A stretch of 64,000 bases of DNA from NCBI RefSeq assembly GCF_009914755.1, contig NC_060947.1; one strand, written 5' to 3'. The stretch is from the human T2T-CHM13v2.0 reference genome, Homo sapiens. The stretch's first letter is position 1; every line of letters starts with the position of its first letter. The notes under the pieces are model-generated. The model was not told the DNA's origin. It ran no database searches and saw only the letters and a list, made by a program, of their open reading frames with translations. Positions 18,952 to 35,950 of this stretch are shown here, piece by piece. Position numbers and translations under genes: made by a program.

Positions 18952-19181
18952 CAAGCTTCCTGAACTTTGGCACTATTAACATTTGGGGATGGATAATTAT
19001 TTGTTGCTGGCAATACTGTCCTGCACACTGTAGCATATTCAGCATTGTCCTCGGCCTCTGCCTACTAGGTACCAGTAGCAACCTCTATCACCATTTCATA
19101 CATCATTCTGACAACCAAAAATGTCTCCAGACATTGCCAAATATCTCCTGGGGATAAAAGTGATCCCAGTTGCGAACTACT
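18952..19181 (-). mobile_element. MER20 (hAT-Charlie)
   Basis: ggcactattaacatttgggg...acaaccaaaaatgtctccagacattgccaaat...gttgcgaactactg. Confidence 0.92.
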
Positions 19182-20123
19182 GTTGTAGAATTTTATTGAT
19201 AAATATATTCTGATGTCTATATTTTACTTTTTCATTAAATAAACCCACACTTTAAATTATTGTGGATTTTATAATATTTATATTTTCAAAATATTTTTGA
19301 TTCTGTATTTACACATTTAGTTCTTTATTCAAATTTAGGAAAAATATAATTAAGAATTCCATGGAAACCAAGTTTAACCAAAATTCCTCTGTCTAAGGAG
19401 GAAGATATGAGCAAATATAGTAGGACCCAGGTAACAGCAGTGGCATATGTGAAAAAATGTACATATACATCTATAACCATCACACTTAGAGCAGAAACCA
19501 TTCAAAATGTACTAGTTTCAATGTACTTTTAAAAACAGCTTTGTCTTTTAAGAATGTTGGACATTTTAAGACTGAGATTTGAGTATTGGCTTATGATTTT
19601 TTTTCTGCTTTCTGTAGGGTTCCTATATATATATAAAATATCATTCCTTCCTGGTGGCAGAGGCTTTTGGTGCAAACAAGCCTTTTACCAGGGAATTAGT
19701 AGGCTGTCTCTGCAATGTAATCAGTCTGCAAATTAAAATTCTTCAGAAATAATAAACATCTCACTTTTTTTAAAAAAAAGATTATCCCAATTTTAAAATA
19801 AAACAAAATTAGAAAAGATACTAAATATTTAATTGACAATAGTCTTCAGAACTGTTTCATTGGATAATTTTTCACTCGGAATTTTTTAGAATCACTGGTA
19901 TCAGAGAAAGGCCATAGGAAAGCAGAAGCTAATTGTATCATTGAACTAAACTTTCAGATTAATTACTTAGTCCTTTATTTTGATTTTTCCTCAATGCTAT
20001 AATGATAGCTCAAATATTTAATGTAACTATTAATGTTTTATGAAATTTATGCATTTATAATGTAAGATATATAAGTAGTAATGATATATATATAATATAA
20101 TAGTTATAACTACCATAACAATA

Positions 20124-20436
20124 CAAATTGAGTATCTCTTACTTGAAATGTTTCAGATTTTGGATTTTTTTTTTCTTTTGGAATATTTGCAAATACACAA
20201 TGAGACGTCTTGGGGATGAAACTCAAGTCTAAATACAAAATTTATTTTTGATATGCAACTTATACACATAGCCTGAATGTAATTTTATACAATATTTTAA
20301 ATGACTTTTTGCGAAGTTTGTGCTAAGTATTTATGTATGGAATTTTACACTTGTGGCATCATGTTGATGCTCAAAAAGTTTTGGATTTTAAAGCGCTACA
20401 GATTTCAGATTTTCAGATTAGAGATGCTCAACCTTG
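20124..20436. mobile_element. Tigger4/MER46-like TcMar MITE
   Basis: TIR-like ends ta-caaattgagtatctc and gagatgctcaacct-tgta; tttcagattttggatttt motifs. Confidence 0.82.
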
Positions 20437-20469
20437 TAATTCATTTCAGTCAGTAATGATGGAGCATTT

Positions 20470-21150
20470 TTAAATAATTTTTAAAATTGTGGTAAAATAG
20501 AAAGAACACAAAATTTACTATATTAACCATTTTTAAGTATATAGTTCAGTATTGTTAATTGCATTCACTTTGTTCTTTGTTGTATAACCAATCTCCAGAG
20601 TTCTTTTCCTTTTGCAAAACTGAAACTGGGCATGAATGGTTATACATTCTAACAAAAACTCCCAATTCTTCTTTCCCTTCCCAGTCTTTGGCAACCACCA
20701 TTCTACTTTTTTGTCTCTATGAATTTGACTACATGAGTACCTCATACAAGTGGAATTATACAGTACAATCAGCCCTCTGTATCTGTGAACTCCACATCTG
20801 TGGATTCAACTCACCATGGATTGAAAATACTCAGAAAAAGGGATGGTTGCATCTCTACTGAACATATATAGACTTTTTTCCTCTTGATAATTCCCTAAAC
20901 AATACAGTATAACAAATATTTAATATTAGGTATTACAAGGTATTATAAATGATTTAAAGTGTACAAGAGCATGTGAGTAGGTTATGTGCAAATACTACAC
21001 CATAAGGGATTTGAGCATCTGTGGATTTTGATATACACAGGGGATCCTGAAACCAATCCCCCACAGATACTGAGAGGACAACTGTGTTTGTCTTTTTTGG
21101 GCTGGTTTATTTCACTTAGTATAATGTCTTCAAAGTTCATCCATGTTGAA
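20470..21150 (-). mobile_element. L1MA/MB 3' end, interrupted by MER2
   Basis: ggcaaccaccattctactttttgtctctatgaatttgact...gtggaattatacagta / tttatttcacttagtataatgtcttcaaagttcatccatgttg. Confidence 0.88.
20767..21084 (-). mobile_element. MER2 (TcMar-Tigger)
   Basis: caatcagccctctgtatctgtg...aaccaatccccacagatactgagaggacaactg. Confidence 0.85.
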
Positions 21151-21484
21151 CTATATATATGTAGTCTTTTTAATTTTTACCTCTACCTGAGGCTAACAAG
21201 ATATTGTGGTGGGTTGCTGTCGCTGCCATTGAATATAAAACACATTTTTATTGGGTGACCTTAAGGTGGTGGTTTCTTATATAAGATCAAGAAGAATTAT
21301 TTGGAATGAGGGATGTGGTTCCAAATATAGTTTAAAAAGTTATGAAGTTGACAAAAATAAAATATTTTATTAATTGAACTGAATTTGATTGAGCTGTATT
21401 TTTGCTTAACCACTCTGGTGTACATGTTGAAACAGAAATGTAATGCTAGTTCCTTAACTAGCTTTAATACAGACCTCAGCATAG

Positions 21485-21756
<272 letters not shown>

Positions 21757-21809
21757 TAGCCTCATCCTTTCCCCAAATAATACACTTTTCATGGCAAATT
21801 ATATTCAGG

Positions 21810-23890
<2,081 letters not shown>

Positions 23891-24249
23891 TTTTTAAATG
23901 TTAAAAATTATATTTATTTATCAATTCAAAAATATTATTGACAGAAACCATGTGGATCTCTCTGCTAAGTGATAGGAATATATTTATGATCCAGTGGATA
24001 TGATGAATATGATTCTTGACTTCATTGAGCGGGTTTACATACTTAAGGGGAAGACTGTCAACAATTAAAGAAACAAAGAAACAAGATACATGGTCAATGC
24101 AATGTAATATATAAATTGTGTAGTGCTTATTGAATTCGGTGGTGTTTCTTATCTTGACACGGAATTAATCCAGTGGATAATTTTAAAAGGTTTTAATTTA
24201 GAGAGAAATTCATGTCAACTAAATTGTGCTCTTCACGTCTTTGATAAAA

Positions 24250-24440
24250 CTTAGTAATTTTTTTCTAAGCATAATTGATATGAAATAGTATTTCACTGTG
24301 CTTATAATTTGCATTTTATTGGGATTTAATTTGCATTTCCTCAGTAACTTGTGTGTTTTAACATCTTTTTGTATGTTTATTGGCCGTCTGAGTTCCCATT
24401 TTGTAAATGTCCCATCTTGGAATTTGTACATAATTTTGTT
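24250..24440 (-). mobile_element. Degenerate L1ME fragment
   Basis: ttaatttgcatttcc...catctttttgtatgtttattggcc. Confidence 0.6.
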
Positions 24441-25297
24441 TATGAACATTTTTACATTTAAAAAAATTATTGAATGTCAAATAACTTATTTCCTCATCCT
24501 GCTCATACACATCAATTTCAACTTTGTCCACAATTCTTTAATCTTCAATAGACAAGTATTCAATAGACAAAAGGCATTTTAGTCTTTGAAACCTATACAT
24601 TTTAGAAAATGTTGAAATTTAAAATTTAAGTCAAAATTTGCCACATAGCAATTTTAACTATATTATATACATTATATGTATGTATATATGTGCATATATA
24701 TATATATATAAAATAAAGTATATTTGGGGTAAACTTATTCACCACCAGGCCAATGTTTGCAGTATTCTATAGGCAACAAAACTTGCAAGGTTTAAGCTTA
24801 AGTTGTAGAAATTATGGAAAGACTTTTCTTTTATACAGATATTCCATTATTTGGTTTTACTTTTACATTGCAGCTCTGCAAATCCCCCCATCTGCCCCAT
24901 ATTTCAATAAATTTTGCTATCCAATGGATTTTTGTGCTGACGAATGAAATGAACTGAGTTCTATATCTAACTCAGCATGGTGCAGAACAGGGAATACATG
25001 AATGACTCTTTAGATCATCATCAACTGGACCAATTTAAAGGGAAAATGCAGTTTATGGTCAGAAGTACGCATGATAACATTGGCCTTGAGAAGCTTTATA
25101 CAAATGTTTGGACTTTCTACATACCATGGAGTGGTGTTTTGAGCTAATCTATATTATATTTAAAGCAATGGGGCAACTCCAAATTTGGTTTTCTGTATTT
25201 TGTTTTCTACTCTCAAGATCAGAGAAGAGTTGCAATATTCATGTAATGTGGCAGAGTAGCTGAGTGTTTTAGGACCGTTCAGTAAATATTTTTAAAT

Positions 25298-25384
25298 ATG
25301 TGTGTGTGTGTGTGTGTGCATGAGTGTGTGTGTGCGTGTGTGTGCATGAGTGTGTGTGTGCGTGTGTGTGCATGTGTGTGTATG
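25298..25384. repeat. Interrupted (TG)n with a duplicated gcatgagtgtgtgtgtgcgtgtgtgt unit
   Basis: Direct reading. Confidence 0.95.
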
Positions 25385-26121
25385 TCATTAAGCAACAAAC
25401 TACTTAAACTCCTCTTAGTCCAGTCTACTTTTATTTAATAAAGGTTTATTGAATGGGGAAAGAGACTGAATTCCACATTTAATTTGAATGCCTGGATAAA
25501 AAGGAAAATATATATATAATGCAGAGGATACAGAACAAAAGTCACCAAAGGGGAAATTTAGTCAAAGGTGACCAAGAAGTTAAGTCCAAACCTACCTTAT
25601 TCATCCCATACAACACAGATGAACATACAACATAAATCTTTGGGGAAGAATGAGATTGGAATTTGAGCTATTGTCTTTTATACCTCCTGGGACAGTGACA
25701 TCGCTGTTAAACTCATGCTCTTTAAGAAGCACAGTATTAGCTAAAATTGCAACTGATTACTATGTAACTCAACATCAGTGGTTCTCAAATTTAGCTTTAT
25801 TTTAGAACCACATAGGAGGCTTAAAAATAAAAATACGGGAGCCGTACTATGTAGCAATGAAATAATATCCATCTGGTGTTTTGTCTTGTGTACTAGCATT
25901 TTTCTAGTTTCCCGGGTGAGTATAGTATGGAGTTCAGACCTACTGCAAGCTGAGTCTGTCAGGCTGAACAAACCTGGGCAGGGATGTAACTATTTTAGCT
26001 ATGTCTTTGCAGCTGGATATTTTGTACACTTTCTGCACAAGCCATCTCCCAGGAGCAGTGCTCGCTGGTGGCAGTAAAAAGATGTCTGCATATCCCATAC
26101 CTAGAGTGAATTACATTAGTT

Positions 26122-26313
26122 TAGAGCAATCCTTCTCAAAGCTAGGTTTTCATAAGAATCATCTGGGGAGCTTGTTAAAAATACAGTAAGCGGCCCACTC
26201 AGAACCCACTGAATAAAAATCTTTAGGGATCTCCAGGAAAGGAGCCCACAGCTTGAGTTTTTAACAAGTATCTCAGGTGAAACTTATGATAAGGCATATT
26301 TGCTAGACACTGC
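26122..26313. mobile_element. MER5 (hAT-Charlie)
   Basis: cataagaatcatctggggagcttgttaaaaatacag...tttaacaagtatctcaggtga. Confidence 0.75.
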
Positions 26314-26587
26314 CTGGTAAGAATCACTATTATGGATTAGGACCTTGGACTTTCAATATCTTGTATTTCCAAAAGGACATCCTGTTATCACATAGGAAAA
26401 TGAATAAAGTCTACCCTCTTTAAAATATGGTGACTTTGATGTAATGCTAATACATACAATCAAAAGGCAAACAGGATGCCATATTCTGATTAGGCTTTAA
26501 CAATCTTTGCAAGCCTGAGATAACCAACATGATTAATTTCTTTTAGGGGAACTATTGAAAATTTTACTAAAAGAAGTTACTATAAAA

Positions 26588-27006
26588 AACAGTAACTGTA
26601 AAACTCCTAGAAGAAAATAGGGAAAAAAAAGGACAGTACAGTGAGGGGTAAATGATTTCTTAGATTTGACCTCAAAAGTGCAGGTAACAAAAGCAAAAGT
26701 AGGTAAATGGGATTATATCAAACTAAAAAGCTTCTGCACAGCAATAGAAACAATTAACGGTGTGCAAAGACTATACATGAATTTGGAGAAAATATTTGCA
26801 GACTGTACATCCAGTAAGGGATAAATATCCAAAATATATAAGGAGCTAAAACATCTCAATAGCAAGGAAAAAACAATTAAAACATGAGCAGGGAGTCTGA
26901 ATAGACATTTCTTAAAAGAAGACATACAAATGGCCAGCAAATGTATGAAAAAATGCTCAACATCACTAATTATTGTGGAAATGCAAATTAAAACTACAAT
27001 CAGATA
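26588..27006 (+). mobile_element. L1MA ORF2 fragment, apparent local copy of 22323-22743
   Basis: atcaaactaaaaagcttctgcacagc...ggaaatgcaaattaaaactacaat. Confidence 0.92.
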
Positions 27007-27509
27007 GATCATAACACTTATGATTTGTTTACTGTCTGTATCAATTAAAAGTTAAAAACAACAGTGTCAGGATAACCCCAAAATAGCCACATTTTTCTAA
27101 TTGCTCAAAAATAAAAGTAGGGTGATTTGCATAGCCACACATCCGGAGATCTGTTTCCAATGCTAAAGATTTAAGTAGGTCTAATTTCAGATGAATATGA
27201 CACCTGAGCTATTGAGAAACTGCCGCTGAACATCCAGCTGGGAATCATCACTTGCATGGATAATTACATCTAGCCAATGGGCAGACTCACCTGGGGGGAG
27301 TTTTAAATGTACAGATCCCTGAAGATGTGAGAGAATCAACAAAACTCAACAACACAACAAGGAACTCAAATTAAGAAAGCAAAACTTGATATTACAAGTT
27401 CATTACAGAAAATTTTAAGTATACACAAAATTAGAGAAACTAATATATTACATCTACTCCCTAAATCAACAATTGTGCACTTTTTGTTCTCCAAAATTTT
27501 AGGAGGTGA

Positions 27510-27907
<398 letters not shown>

Positions 27908-29294
27908 ATATATTTTTATTTTTAACATGACAATTATGCTATTTTTGTATCTATCAGAATTTATATAATTTCTTAATGCCATGTAAAAACCAGACAATAT
28001 TTCTAGTTATTTCACTCATTCTCTCAAAGATGATTTTTGCAGTTAGTTTTTTTTTTTCTTTTTAATTAGATTCCAAACATCTGCCTCTCATGTTTGGCTC
28101 TTTTGTCCTTTAAGTCTCTTTTATTTTATAAGAGCTCACCACTCCTACTTCTTCCTTTTGTCATTGATTTTCTGGAGAAACTAGCCTACGTGTCCTTACG
28201 TATTTTTAGTTCTGTGCTTTCTTAATAATTTACCTTGTTCATTTATGCCATGTATTTCCTGTAAGCTCTGAGTTAAATCTAGAAGATAATTTGATTTAGG
28301 TTCAATTTTTAGAGCAATAATACTTCATTCCATCACATCGTAAGGCACATGATGTCTTTTCGTGCCAGTTAAAATGATGCTAAGATTGATCTTAATGGAT
28401 TCAGGTGAAGAAATGAAGGAAAAATTGTTGAGGATGTATTCCGTTCTAAATATGGATTGCATTCCACTCCATTTCATTATAAAAATAAGTCAAATAATGG
28501 GTAGGGAAGAGATTTATTTGGACATTTATGATTCACCACCTTCCTCTTTAAAAGGAGACTTCCATAGGGACACTCAGAAAGCTCTACATCTGCAGTAATG
28601 AGACATGGAGGACCAGTGCTTGACTTCTGTTTGAGCAAGCTTAAAGTATTTGTAATCACCAGATTTAGGTGGTTACATTGGGAATAGCCTAAAATCTTTG
28701 GGAGCATGAAATGTTCAAGTGTGTTCTGTGGACTAGATATGAGAAAAATGATGAGTTTGTTTTGAGTCCTGTTCATTAATAGTATTACATTACACCACTG
28801 AATAAAATTGGCAAGATGAGACTAAAAATTGTACTGTGCTCATATCCCGAGTTGAGCGTTCCATATTCTGGTAACACATGAAGGCACAGACTGGATAGAA
28901 ATGCAACTAGTGAAGATGACTTGCAGATGAGTAATGTAGACATAATGGAGAGACACTTCCCAGAAATGTGGCTGTGATTGGGCTAGTAAAGAGATTGGAA
29001 TAAAATGAAGAGATTGAGAGACTATCCAACAAGGCCATATAGTGGGAAGCAGACACCATCATCAAGTAACTGGAAATACTTTGAATACTTGGACCTTTGA
29101 AAAAAGTTGCAAGCAATCATTTGGAAGAGAGAGAAATCTACTTGTATCAAAGGAATTGCAGGAATGATTCCTAATGACAGGGATTTCCAAAGACTACAGG
29201 AAAGTTTCCCAGGAAAAAAAAAGAAAGTAAAGTTCAAAAGTAAGTGACCCTATGATAACCCTTTCAGATACATGCAAAGTAGAAGTATTAACAG

Positions 29295-29441
29295 CCATAA
29301 TTCTAAAAGGCTGCAAATTGGAATCACTTGGTCCATACCCCCGAATAATTAAAGCAGAATCTATGCCAGCAACCCAAGCATCAGTATTGTATCAGAGACT
29401 TCCAAGTGAATCCAATATGCAGTGAAGTTTGAGAACCACTG
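29295..29441. mobile_element. MER5A-like
   Basis: ttggaatcacttgg...gaagtttgagaaccactg. Confidence 0.7.
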
Positions 29442-29589
29442 TAATAATGGTTTAATCAATTCAAACGAGAATCAAGTTTCAGTAAAGGCAAAAATACGTT
29501 ACAGTGATTTTAAAGTAGGAAGTAGAAAGGGTACAAGAGGAAGGCTGCAGTGGGAAACTGTTTCAGGGATCATAATGAGCATAAAAGCA

Positions 29590-29900
29590 TTGGGATGATG
29601 GCAGGTTTAAAGCCTGTGTTTTGAAGTACCATAATCCTAGGTTCTAATCTTGGCTTTACCACCTTCAGCAAGTTGCCTATCTTCTTTCAGATTCAATTTC
29701 CTCATTTATAAAATGGTTTCATTACTAGTACCTTTCTTGTTTATTTTATCTGTTTATTGTTTGTACCTTCTCACTGAAATATCAACTCCATGAGAATAGG
29801 ATTCTTATTTGTCTTGTTCAAAATTGAATTCCCAGTGCCTAGAACAATGTATGGGTATGTTGCAGATATTTGTGATATATTTGTTGAGTGGATGGATGGA
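29590..29900. mobile_element. MIR followed by an L2 3' end
   Basis: ttcaatttcctcatttataaaatgg; cccagtgcctagaacaatg...tatttgttgagtggatggatg. Confidence 0.7.
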
Positions 29901-30454
29901 AATACATTGTTTTAGTTTTTTACTATATTCTGGGCACTTTTTAAAAAGCACTCGTATTAGTCCATTTTGTTTTGCTATAACAGAATACCTGAGACTGAGT
30001 AGTTTATATAAAAAAGAGGTTTATTTAGCTCATGATTCTGGTGGTTGAAAATGTTAAGACTAGGCATCTACATGTGGCGAAGGCCTCAGACTGTTTAAAC
30101 TCATGGAGGAAAGCAGAAGGGGAGCCAGCATGCACAGAGTTTACATGGTAGGAGGTCAACCAAAACAGAAAAAACAACAAAGTCAGACTCAAACACCTCC
30201 CACTAAGACCTCCTACCATGGGAAATACATTGTTTTAGTTTTTTACTATATTCTGGGCACTTTTTAAAAAGCACTCGTATTAGTCCATTTTGTTTTGCTA
30301 TAACAGAATACCTGAGACTGAGTAGTTTATATAAAAAAGAGGTTTATATAAAAAAGTTTATATAAAAAAGAGGTTTATTTAGCTCATGATTCTGGTGGTT
30401 GAAAATGTTAAGACTAGGCATCTACATGTGGCGAAGGCCTCAGACTGTTTAAAC
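29898..30454. repeat. Near-perfect 203-bp direct duplication (29898-30100 and 30221-30454)
   Basis: Base-by-base reading: identical except a 31-bp internal re-duplication in copy 2. Confidence 0.97.
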
Positions 30455-30485
30455 ATGGTAGGAGGTCAACCAAACCAAAACCAAA
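29954..30485 (-). mobile_element. MSTB-like MaLR LTR, rearranged and partly duplicated
   Basis: gtattagtccattttgttttgctataacagaatacctgagactg occurs twice; aaacacctcccacta. Confidence 0.88.
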
Positions 30486-31149
30486 ATTATTCTGAATTGC
30501 AGCATTTTTCCCTTGTACAGATACTGTGCACTTAAGTTGACAATTTAGTCAAATGATCTCTTTGCAGTTCATCCATGTAATCACAGCACAACAAATGACC
30601 ATTAGAAGATCAGAGTTGAAATGTATGGGAACGCACAAGCAATCTCTGGACAGGATTAAAACCAAATTGCCTGCCAACTTGGTACCAATAGGGAGAGCTG
30701 CGTTTTATGCAATGTCCGGTAAACTACATGCCCTACTTAACAAAGGAAATATGTAAAACTAAATTAAAAATCACATTTCTACTCATATAATTGCTGAGCT
30801 TCCATAAGATTTCTATTTCTTGAAATAATGTAAGCAAAACAACAATGTAGATGAAATGAATAATTAATGCTATCAGAGCCTCATAGTATGTATTTAAAAT
30901 TTAATCCACTAAAAGCAAGCATATTGTTCTAATGTGAATTTTTTATTAGCCTGTAAATAATATAACATAATTCCACCAAAGGATTCTTGCACATGCACAT
31001 CATTTCTAAAGCTACATGTAAATATGCAACTCCTTGAAATGAGGTTTGTTGAAATAGTTTCATATATCAAAGCACAGCTACATATCCAGTGGCTGAAAAG
31101 GAACAGAGTAGATTGAATTGTCATTCTTCACTTTTTACTCTCTCCCTGA

Positions 31150-31569
31150 AACTGAATTCTCCACACATTCCTTTTGCCCTGAAACTTGGTATTGTCTATT
31201 AATCCAATAGGTAGATTTTTCTTCTTTGCTCCATTGACTTTGAGCTTTAACATCTGAGTAGCTTTGGATTATGAATAGTTAGCAAATATAATGTGAGTGG
31301 AAGCTTTAACTGTGTTTGTGTGGTTTGGCTTGGCCTCTTGTCCTTCTATGTGTGCACCAGAAATAACTGTTCCTTTCCAATGAAAGACATGTGGATAAGG
31401 CCTAGACCCAGCCCACAGTCTGAAACAAAGTTCCTCTGGTTGACCTGCAAACTTGTCAGTGAGAAAAAAAAGAAAAAAAAAAGAACGTTTATTGGTTTAT
31501 TGTTGTAAGCAGTTGGGATTTAGCAGTTGTTTTTGCAGTATTATTGTAGCAGAGAACTAAAGGATACAA
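31150..31569 (+). mobile_element. MLT1 (I/J-like) MaLR LTR
   Basis: ctccattgactttgagc...tgtggtttggcttggcctcttg...gcagtattattgtagcagagaactaaaggataca. Confidence 0.72.
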
Positions 31570-33180
31570 GAAGAAATGAGGAAACTGATATGCAGAGCAA
31601 GAAAAGGGCCTTTCTCAAGGCTACATAGCAAGTCAACAGACACTCAGATTTTAAACCTGGCTGTTCTTATTTAGTCCAAGTACTTTATTCCCTTGACCAA
31701 TACATTATTTTTGATAGAGAAATTTATTTTCTTATATAGGTATGTGTATATGGCATCCACAAATTATAATCAACTTAATCATTTGGGAAGGAAGACAAGT
31801 CAAAACTTGAATGTCCATTCAAATAAACAGAGGAGGCTTTGAGTATACCAGAGCTCAGAAACTCTGGCTTTGAAATCCACATAATATTTTACCATCTATT
31901 TGCTCATTGTTCTGCACCATGTTTTTTCTGAAACTCGGTTTGTTTAATTGCTAAAAAGATGTAACATAATTTTTTAAAGAGTCTGCAAAAAAGATATTTT
32001 AAGTAATGGCTTAGTCAATGACTGGTGCATAGTATGTAATAAATGTTTTCTATTAAACATAAGTTTAAGTTTTCAATATCCTAAGATATTATGTGAATTA
32101 AAAATATTTTACTGCTAATTTGTAATTTTCACATTGTTGATGTCAATATATCACAGTTGATGAAATCTTCGTCTCTCGAGCTTGTCCTCTAAGTCATGTA
32201 TAGTCAAAAGTGAATTTGATAAAATTTTATATTCCCAAATATCCATCTATTGTTAACAGAGAGTGAAAATGTCTTTTAAAAAGCATCTTGTTCTCCTGTT
32301 TCCCTATTGAAAATGCTTTGATACTACAAAATAATTGTATAGGATGGAGAACAAAGAAATATACTATAAAAAACAAAATATTAATATAAAGAATTTTTTC
32401 CTTCTCAGCATTTTCAGAGTTTTGCCATTCCTGGAATCAATAGTATAAGTAGTAAAGTTGTGACTGTTCTTTAATTTCTGAAAGGAAATTTTGCCTTGCT
32501 GACTGTAATTTAAATGTTATTAACTGAAAACATCACAAAAATACTTGCTTTTCATGGTCAATTAAGGTGATAAAACTCAATGAAACGCTTTCACAGGGAA
32601 TCTTTTTTAAAAATTTTAAAAAGATTTTAAAAAGAGTCTTCTACTGAGATGCAAATTGATATAACTTTTTAACTTCTAGCCTACAGTACAGATGTCTTCC
32701 TTAATGTTAAAGTAAAACTTATGGAATCTCATTATTATGCTGAATATTTAGAGTTAATCAATATTATTTTTAATCTACCTGAAAATTAGAAATGATAAAT
32801 AGTGGCTGTTTTCCTAATAGGGTTTTTAGATATCCATAATTCCTCTCCAATGCAAACCTAGGAGTGAATTGATGCTATTGGCCAGCCAACAAAAAAATTA
32901 GAGCAACTTAAGTCTTAACCCTATTATTATTATGTATTTTATAGTTACATTTCCAAGCCAAGAGATATGCAATCAGTGAAAGATATAAAAAAGAAAGTGT
33001 AATGGTGTTTCTTATACTATTTATGGCCTGGCAGAAGAAAGTTAATTTGTCTAGTGCCCTTATGCCTTGAATAAACTCAAGTATTTCAGGTGGGTAGGCA
33101 ATATATTCCCAGTAAAATACTTATTTCCTATAAGATAATGTAAACATAGATCTATTTTGAAGTCTCTTTGATTTTCACAT

Positions 33181-33465
33181 TCTTTTTCTTTTTTTTTTTG
33201 ACAGGGTCTCTCTCTGTCACCCAGGCTGGAGCGCAGTGGCACGATCTGGGCTCACTGCAACCTCCACCTCCTGGACTCAAGTGATCCTCCCACCCCAGCC
33301 CCCGGAGTAACTGGGACTACAGGTGTGCACCACCACGCCCGGCTAAGTTTTGTATTTTTAGTAGAGACGGGTTTTGCCATGTTGGCCAGGCTGGTCTCAA
33401 ACTCCTGGCCTCAAGTGATCCACACGCCTCGGCTTCCCAAAGTTCTGGGATTACAGGCATGAACC
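33181..33465 (-). mobile_element. AluJ
   Basis: acagggtctc, ctcaagtgatcctcccacc, ctcctggcctcaagtgatcc. Confidence 0.95.
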
Positions 33466-33694
33466 TATTTTTCTTCATTAAATAACTCTAGCAAAAAATA
33501 GTAGCATCTGTAATTAATCAGAGGTAATTGTTAAATAAATACATTTATAGTAATTAGATTAATATAGAAAATTATGCTGGATAATTGTTATACTTTATTG
33601 GTATACTTATTGGGGTATTTATCAGTTTGATAAACATTCAACCATTTCCATGACTGTAAGTAGCATCATGTGTTTTAGAAAAATGATATTTTTT

Positions 33695-34086
<392 letters not shown>

Positions 34087-35339
34087 TTATGTTTCTGTAA
34101 ATATTAGGCTTGAAAAAAATAATAAAAAGACAAAATAAGAACAGTGCTAAACATTGGAAATTAGAAAGATAAACAATATCTGCTGCTTAGAATAGGTCAA
34201 ATCTTTGAAAGCATTTGGAAAATTCTTAGAGACTTTCAAAGGTCTTACTTAAGTGCTTCAGTGTTTGCACTAAGCTTAAGCTATTTTAATAAAACATGGA
34301 AACCTGCAAAATTATCAAAATGCTCCCTTTTTTCCTCTATAATGATTTGGCAATCATTCAAATTATTTTTAAAAGTTACCTTACCCCAATTTTGAAGAGA
34401 ACTATTTGAAGAAAAATTAATTTTGGCCAAAGCATTATAGCTGAAATACTTTGAGAAATTGTTATTCTGGAAAGCCATATATAGATAGATATAGGTGTAT
34501 ATAGGTATAGATATAGGTTGATGTTCATAGCTTATGTCCTCCTCTCCGTCCTTGTCTCTAATCTCTCCCTGACATAATGTAGCTACTAGCCACATTAAAA
34601 CAGTTGCAGTTCCTACATTTTTCATGCCGATTATTTCATATGTGTCTTCACACATGCTATTGGTTCTGTGTGGATCACGTTTGCTTTCCACTTTGATGAT
34701 TCAATTCAAGAACCACATTTTCCAAGAAGCTGTCCTGCCCCTGACCCCCACTCAGGGTTACGTGCTCTCTTTTGTGCACTTATTGAATCCTATAGTCATT
34801 TTAAAGCAGTTTTCTCACACTATTATTGTTTTCCTGTCTATCTCTCCACCAGGCAAGTACTGTACAAACTTCTATGACTGTCTACTCTAAAACTTTAAAA
34901 ATATATGAACATGCACTTCTAATAAATGTGTGCTCTCTGAGATCTATGTTTATATGTATACTTCTTGATAAGTAAGTTTTTTGACAATATTTCACTCATA
35001 TATATGCATACTACTACTAATCCTTATAATAAATTCTTCCAAGACTTGTTTTATAATAAACAATGAAAATAGAAAGAAGTTTTAACATACCATTCCTTCA
35101 GTTCAGTGATTCAGTCTGGATCCTCCTGAGGTATAAGGGACTTTACTTTCAGACAATTCCTCTCAATATAATGATTTATTTGAGAGAAGATGCTTTGTGA
35201 AAAATTATTTGTAACTCCAGCACCTGTGTTTGATGCAGAGCAAACACACATCCTTCATTAAATGATATTCATGATAATTATAGGTTGATTTCAGGTAGCA
35301 GAATTAGAGGTTTCTAATACACAGACTGAGAATTACAGA

Positions 35340-35470
35340 AACAGATAGAATCCTAAGGGCCACTGAACACAATACCCTCATTGTACAGATGAGCAAACAC
35401 ATACTTAGACAGGTCAAATGACTTACTCGGTATCACACATTCAGTGATTGATTGGGAACTGGAGTCTATG
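35340..35470 (-). mobile_element. MIR
   Basis: ccctcattgtacagatgagcaaac...aggtcaaatgacttactcggtatcacaca. Confidence 0.7.
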
Positions 35471-35759
35471 CTCTTATTCTAAGTCCCCATTCCAGTGGGA
35501 TGTTCTTGCCATGATGTCCTTATAATGGTAGAGGAATGTGAGGATGGGGCATTTTCTACTACCTTTCCTCCTACACTCCTAAGTTGCATAAAATAGCTTG
35601 ATATTTCAGAAATAGACCAAGTGCACTGGGAATAACCCCTTGAGTTAACTAGATTTTTCTCTTTCAACTGGTTATTCTGGTTCACTGAAGCTGCCAGTCT
35701 GATCTGGAAGCAGTTGCAACCGACAGTCGCAAAGCCCAACTTAGAATGTAGTAGCCTCT

Positions 35760-35950
35760 AGACAATTGCAGTCCAATAAAACTTTCTGTGATTATGTAAA
35801 TGGTCAATATCTGCACTATCCAATACAGAATCTGTATTTAAATGCAAGCAGAGTGACTGAGGAACATATTTTTAAATTTTATTTAGATTTTAGTTAATTT
35901 AACTCTAAATAGCCAAATGTGGGTATTGTGTGGTGTTATTGATTAGTGAA
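35760..35950 (+). mobile_element. MER3
   Basis: gtccaataaaactttctgtgattatgtaaatgg...tgactgaggaac...taaatagccaaatgtgg. Confidence 0.75.

Noticed and set aside
30568-30718. Open plus-strand exon-like block (FIHVITAQQMTIRRSELK...)
   Set aside because: No recognisable homology, weak donor and no partner exons
35479-35739. 86-aa minus-strand ORF in non-repeat sequence
   Set aside because: Non-ATG start, no homology recognised, no splice support
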